A stretch of DNA of 64,000 nucleotides, from IMG/VR virus record IMGVR_UViG_3300024264_000011, positions 43,376 through 107,375 of that record. One strand, written 5' to 3'. Below the pieces are notes generated by a model. The model was not told the origin of the DNA and did not search any database. It saw only the letters and a program-made list of their open reading frames with translations. The translations under genes and the position numbers were made by a program. Numbering within the stretch: position 1 is the first letter of the stretch; every line of letters starts with the position of its first letter. The stretch is from a virus. Positions 63,434-64,000 of this stretch are shown one piece after another.

Positions 63434-63490
63434 ATTATACAATAAAAAACCACCCCCGTCAAGCAGAGGTGGACAGTTCCTAGATTGGTT
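63434..63490 (-). promoter_or_regulatory. early promoter with upstream dyad and overlapping terminator hairpin
   Basis: TTGACG (63462-63457) N17 TATAAT (63439-63434); CCACCTCTG-CTTGA-CGGGGGTGG followed by T6; upstream AACCAATCTAGGAACTGTCCAC. Confidence 0.78.
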
Positions 63491-63745
63491 TCATTGGATT
63501 GCAAACGCAGCTTGTGAATAGTAATAATTAAACACAGCATGTCCTTTACACTTTACAAGTGACATATTATCAATGCGTTCTTCAAGAGTATGATGTGATG
63601 GTGGATTACTATTAGGATCAGAAAAATATCTATAGAAAGAACTACCACTAGGAGGCATTTCTCTTTTCAATTGTTTTTTTAGTTCCATCATTGCATAAGC
63701 ATTTTTATAGTTTTCTAATGCTTGATAAAAGTTTTGCGTGGTCAT
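63491..63745 (-). CDS. hypothetical protein
   Basis: 84-aa ORF. Confidence 0.6.
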   Translation of the reverse strand: MTTQNFYQALENYKNAYAMMELKKQLKREMPPSGSSFYRYFSDPNSNPPSHHTLEERIDNMSLVKCKGHAVFNYYYSQAAFAIQ

Positions 63746-63806
63746 TGAATAGCAAGTGGTTGTAGTCGGTCAAGGATCTCACGATAGTCAGGTATGTGGT
63801 GTTTCA

Positions 63807-63986
63807 TTATTTAAATAATATACTACAAAGTGCAGACAATCCCATTGCAGACCAGTATCCCAAAGTTGACAATCCAAAAATACCTGGTATGAAAGCATTC
63901 CATACCACCATAATTATCAAAGGTTCTGCAAGGAGAATTATAACTGCAGCTATAATATTTTGACCAAGAGGTGATGATTTTTTCAT
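63807..63986 (-). CDS. small membrane protein (59 aa)
   Basis: Hand-translated MKKSSPLGQNIIAAVIILLAEPLIIMVVWNAFIPGIFGLSTLGYWSAMGLSALCSILFK. Confidence 0.65.
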   Translation of the reverse strand: MKKSSPLGQNIIAAVIILLAEPLIIMVVWNAFIPGIFGLSTLGYWSAMGLSALCSILFK

Positions 63987-64000
63987 TGGATTGCCAGTGG

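Noticed and set aside
1-64000. tRNA genes, introns, inteins, homing endonucleases
   Set aside because: No cloverleaf seen in the intergenic gaps; thyX, rnh, phoH and gp32 are uninterrupted and of normal length (by eye only)

Overview
AT-rich segment of a T4-like marine cyanophage (Kyanoviridae-type myovirus of Synechococcus/Prochlorococcus). Almost all genes are on the minus strand. Reading in transcription direction from the right end: (i) about 54.8-64 kb is a replication/metabolism block (speD, glutaredoxin, rnh, thyX, DenV-like glycosylase, phoH, PD-(D/E)XK exonuclease, gp33, gp59, gp32). (ii) About 40.6-54.7 kb is a tail/baseplate block: gp48 and gp53 on the plus strand; gp4, gp2, gp54-like, gp26, gp51-like, two large hub/tape-measure-like proteins with wall-hydrolase domains, gp27-like, cp12 and gp5 on the minus strand. 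(iii) About 10.6-40.1 kb is a fibre block: 4900-aa and 1945-aa paralogous virion proteins, a 1863-aa fibre with an S74 chaperone, a Gly-rich adhesin-like protein and two 2OG-Fe(II) oxygenases. (iv) 1-10.5 kb is an early/accessory region of small ORFs, two SF2 helicases and ArdA-like acidic proteins under repeated sigma70-type promoters. Best leads: a candidate lambda G/GT-type -1 ribosomal frameshift fusing gp26 to the gp51-like ORF, a repeated early-promoter cassette with a positionally fixed upstream dyad, a candidate antiterminator RNA, an apparently catalytically dead dioxygenase homologue, and an antisense promoter. I recognised no tRNA, rRNA, CRISPR or mobile element. All family assignments come from motif recognition by eye, not database searches.
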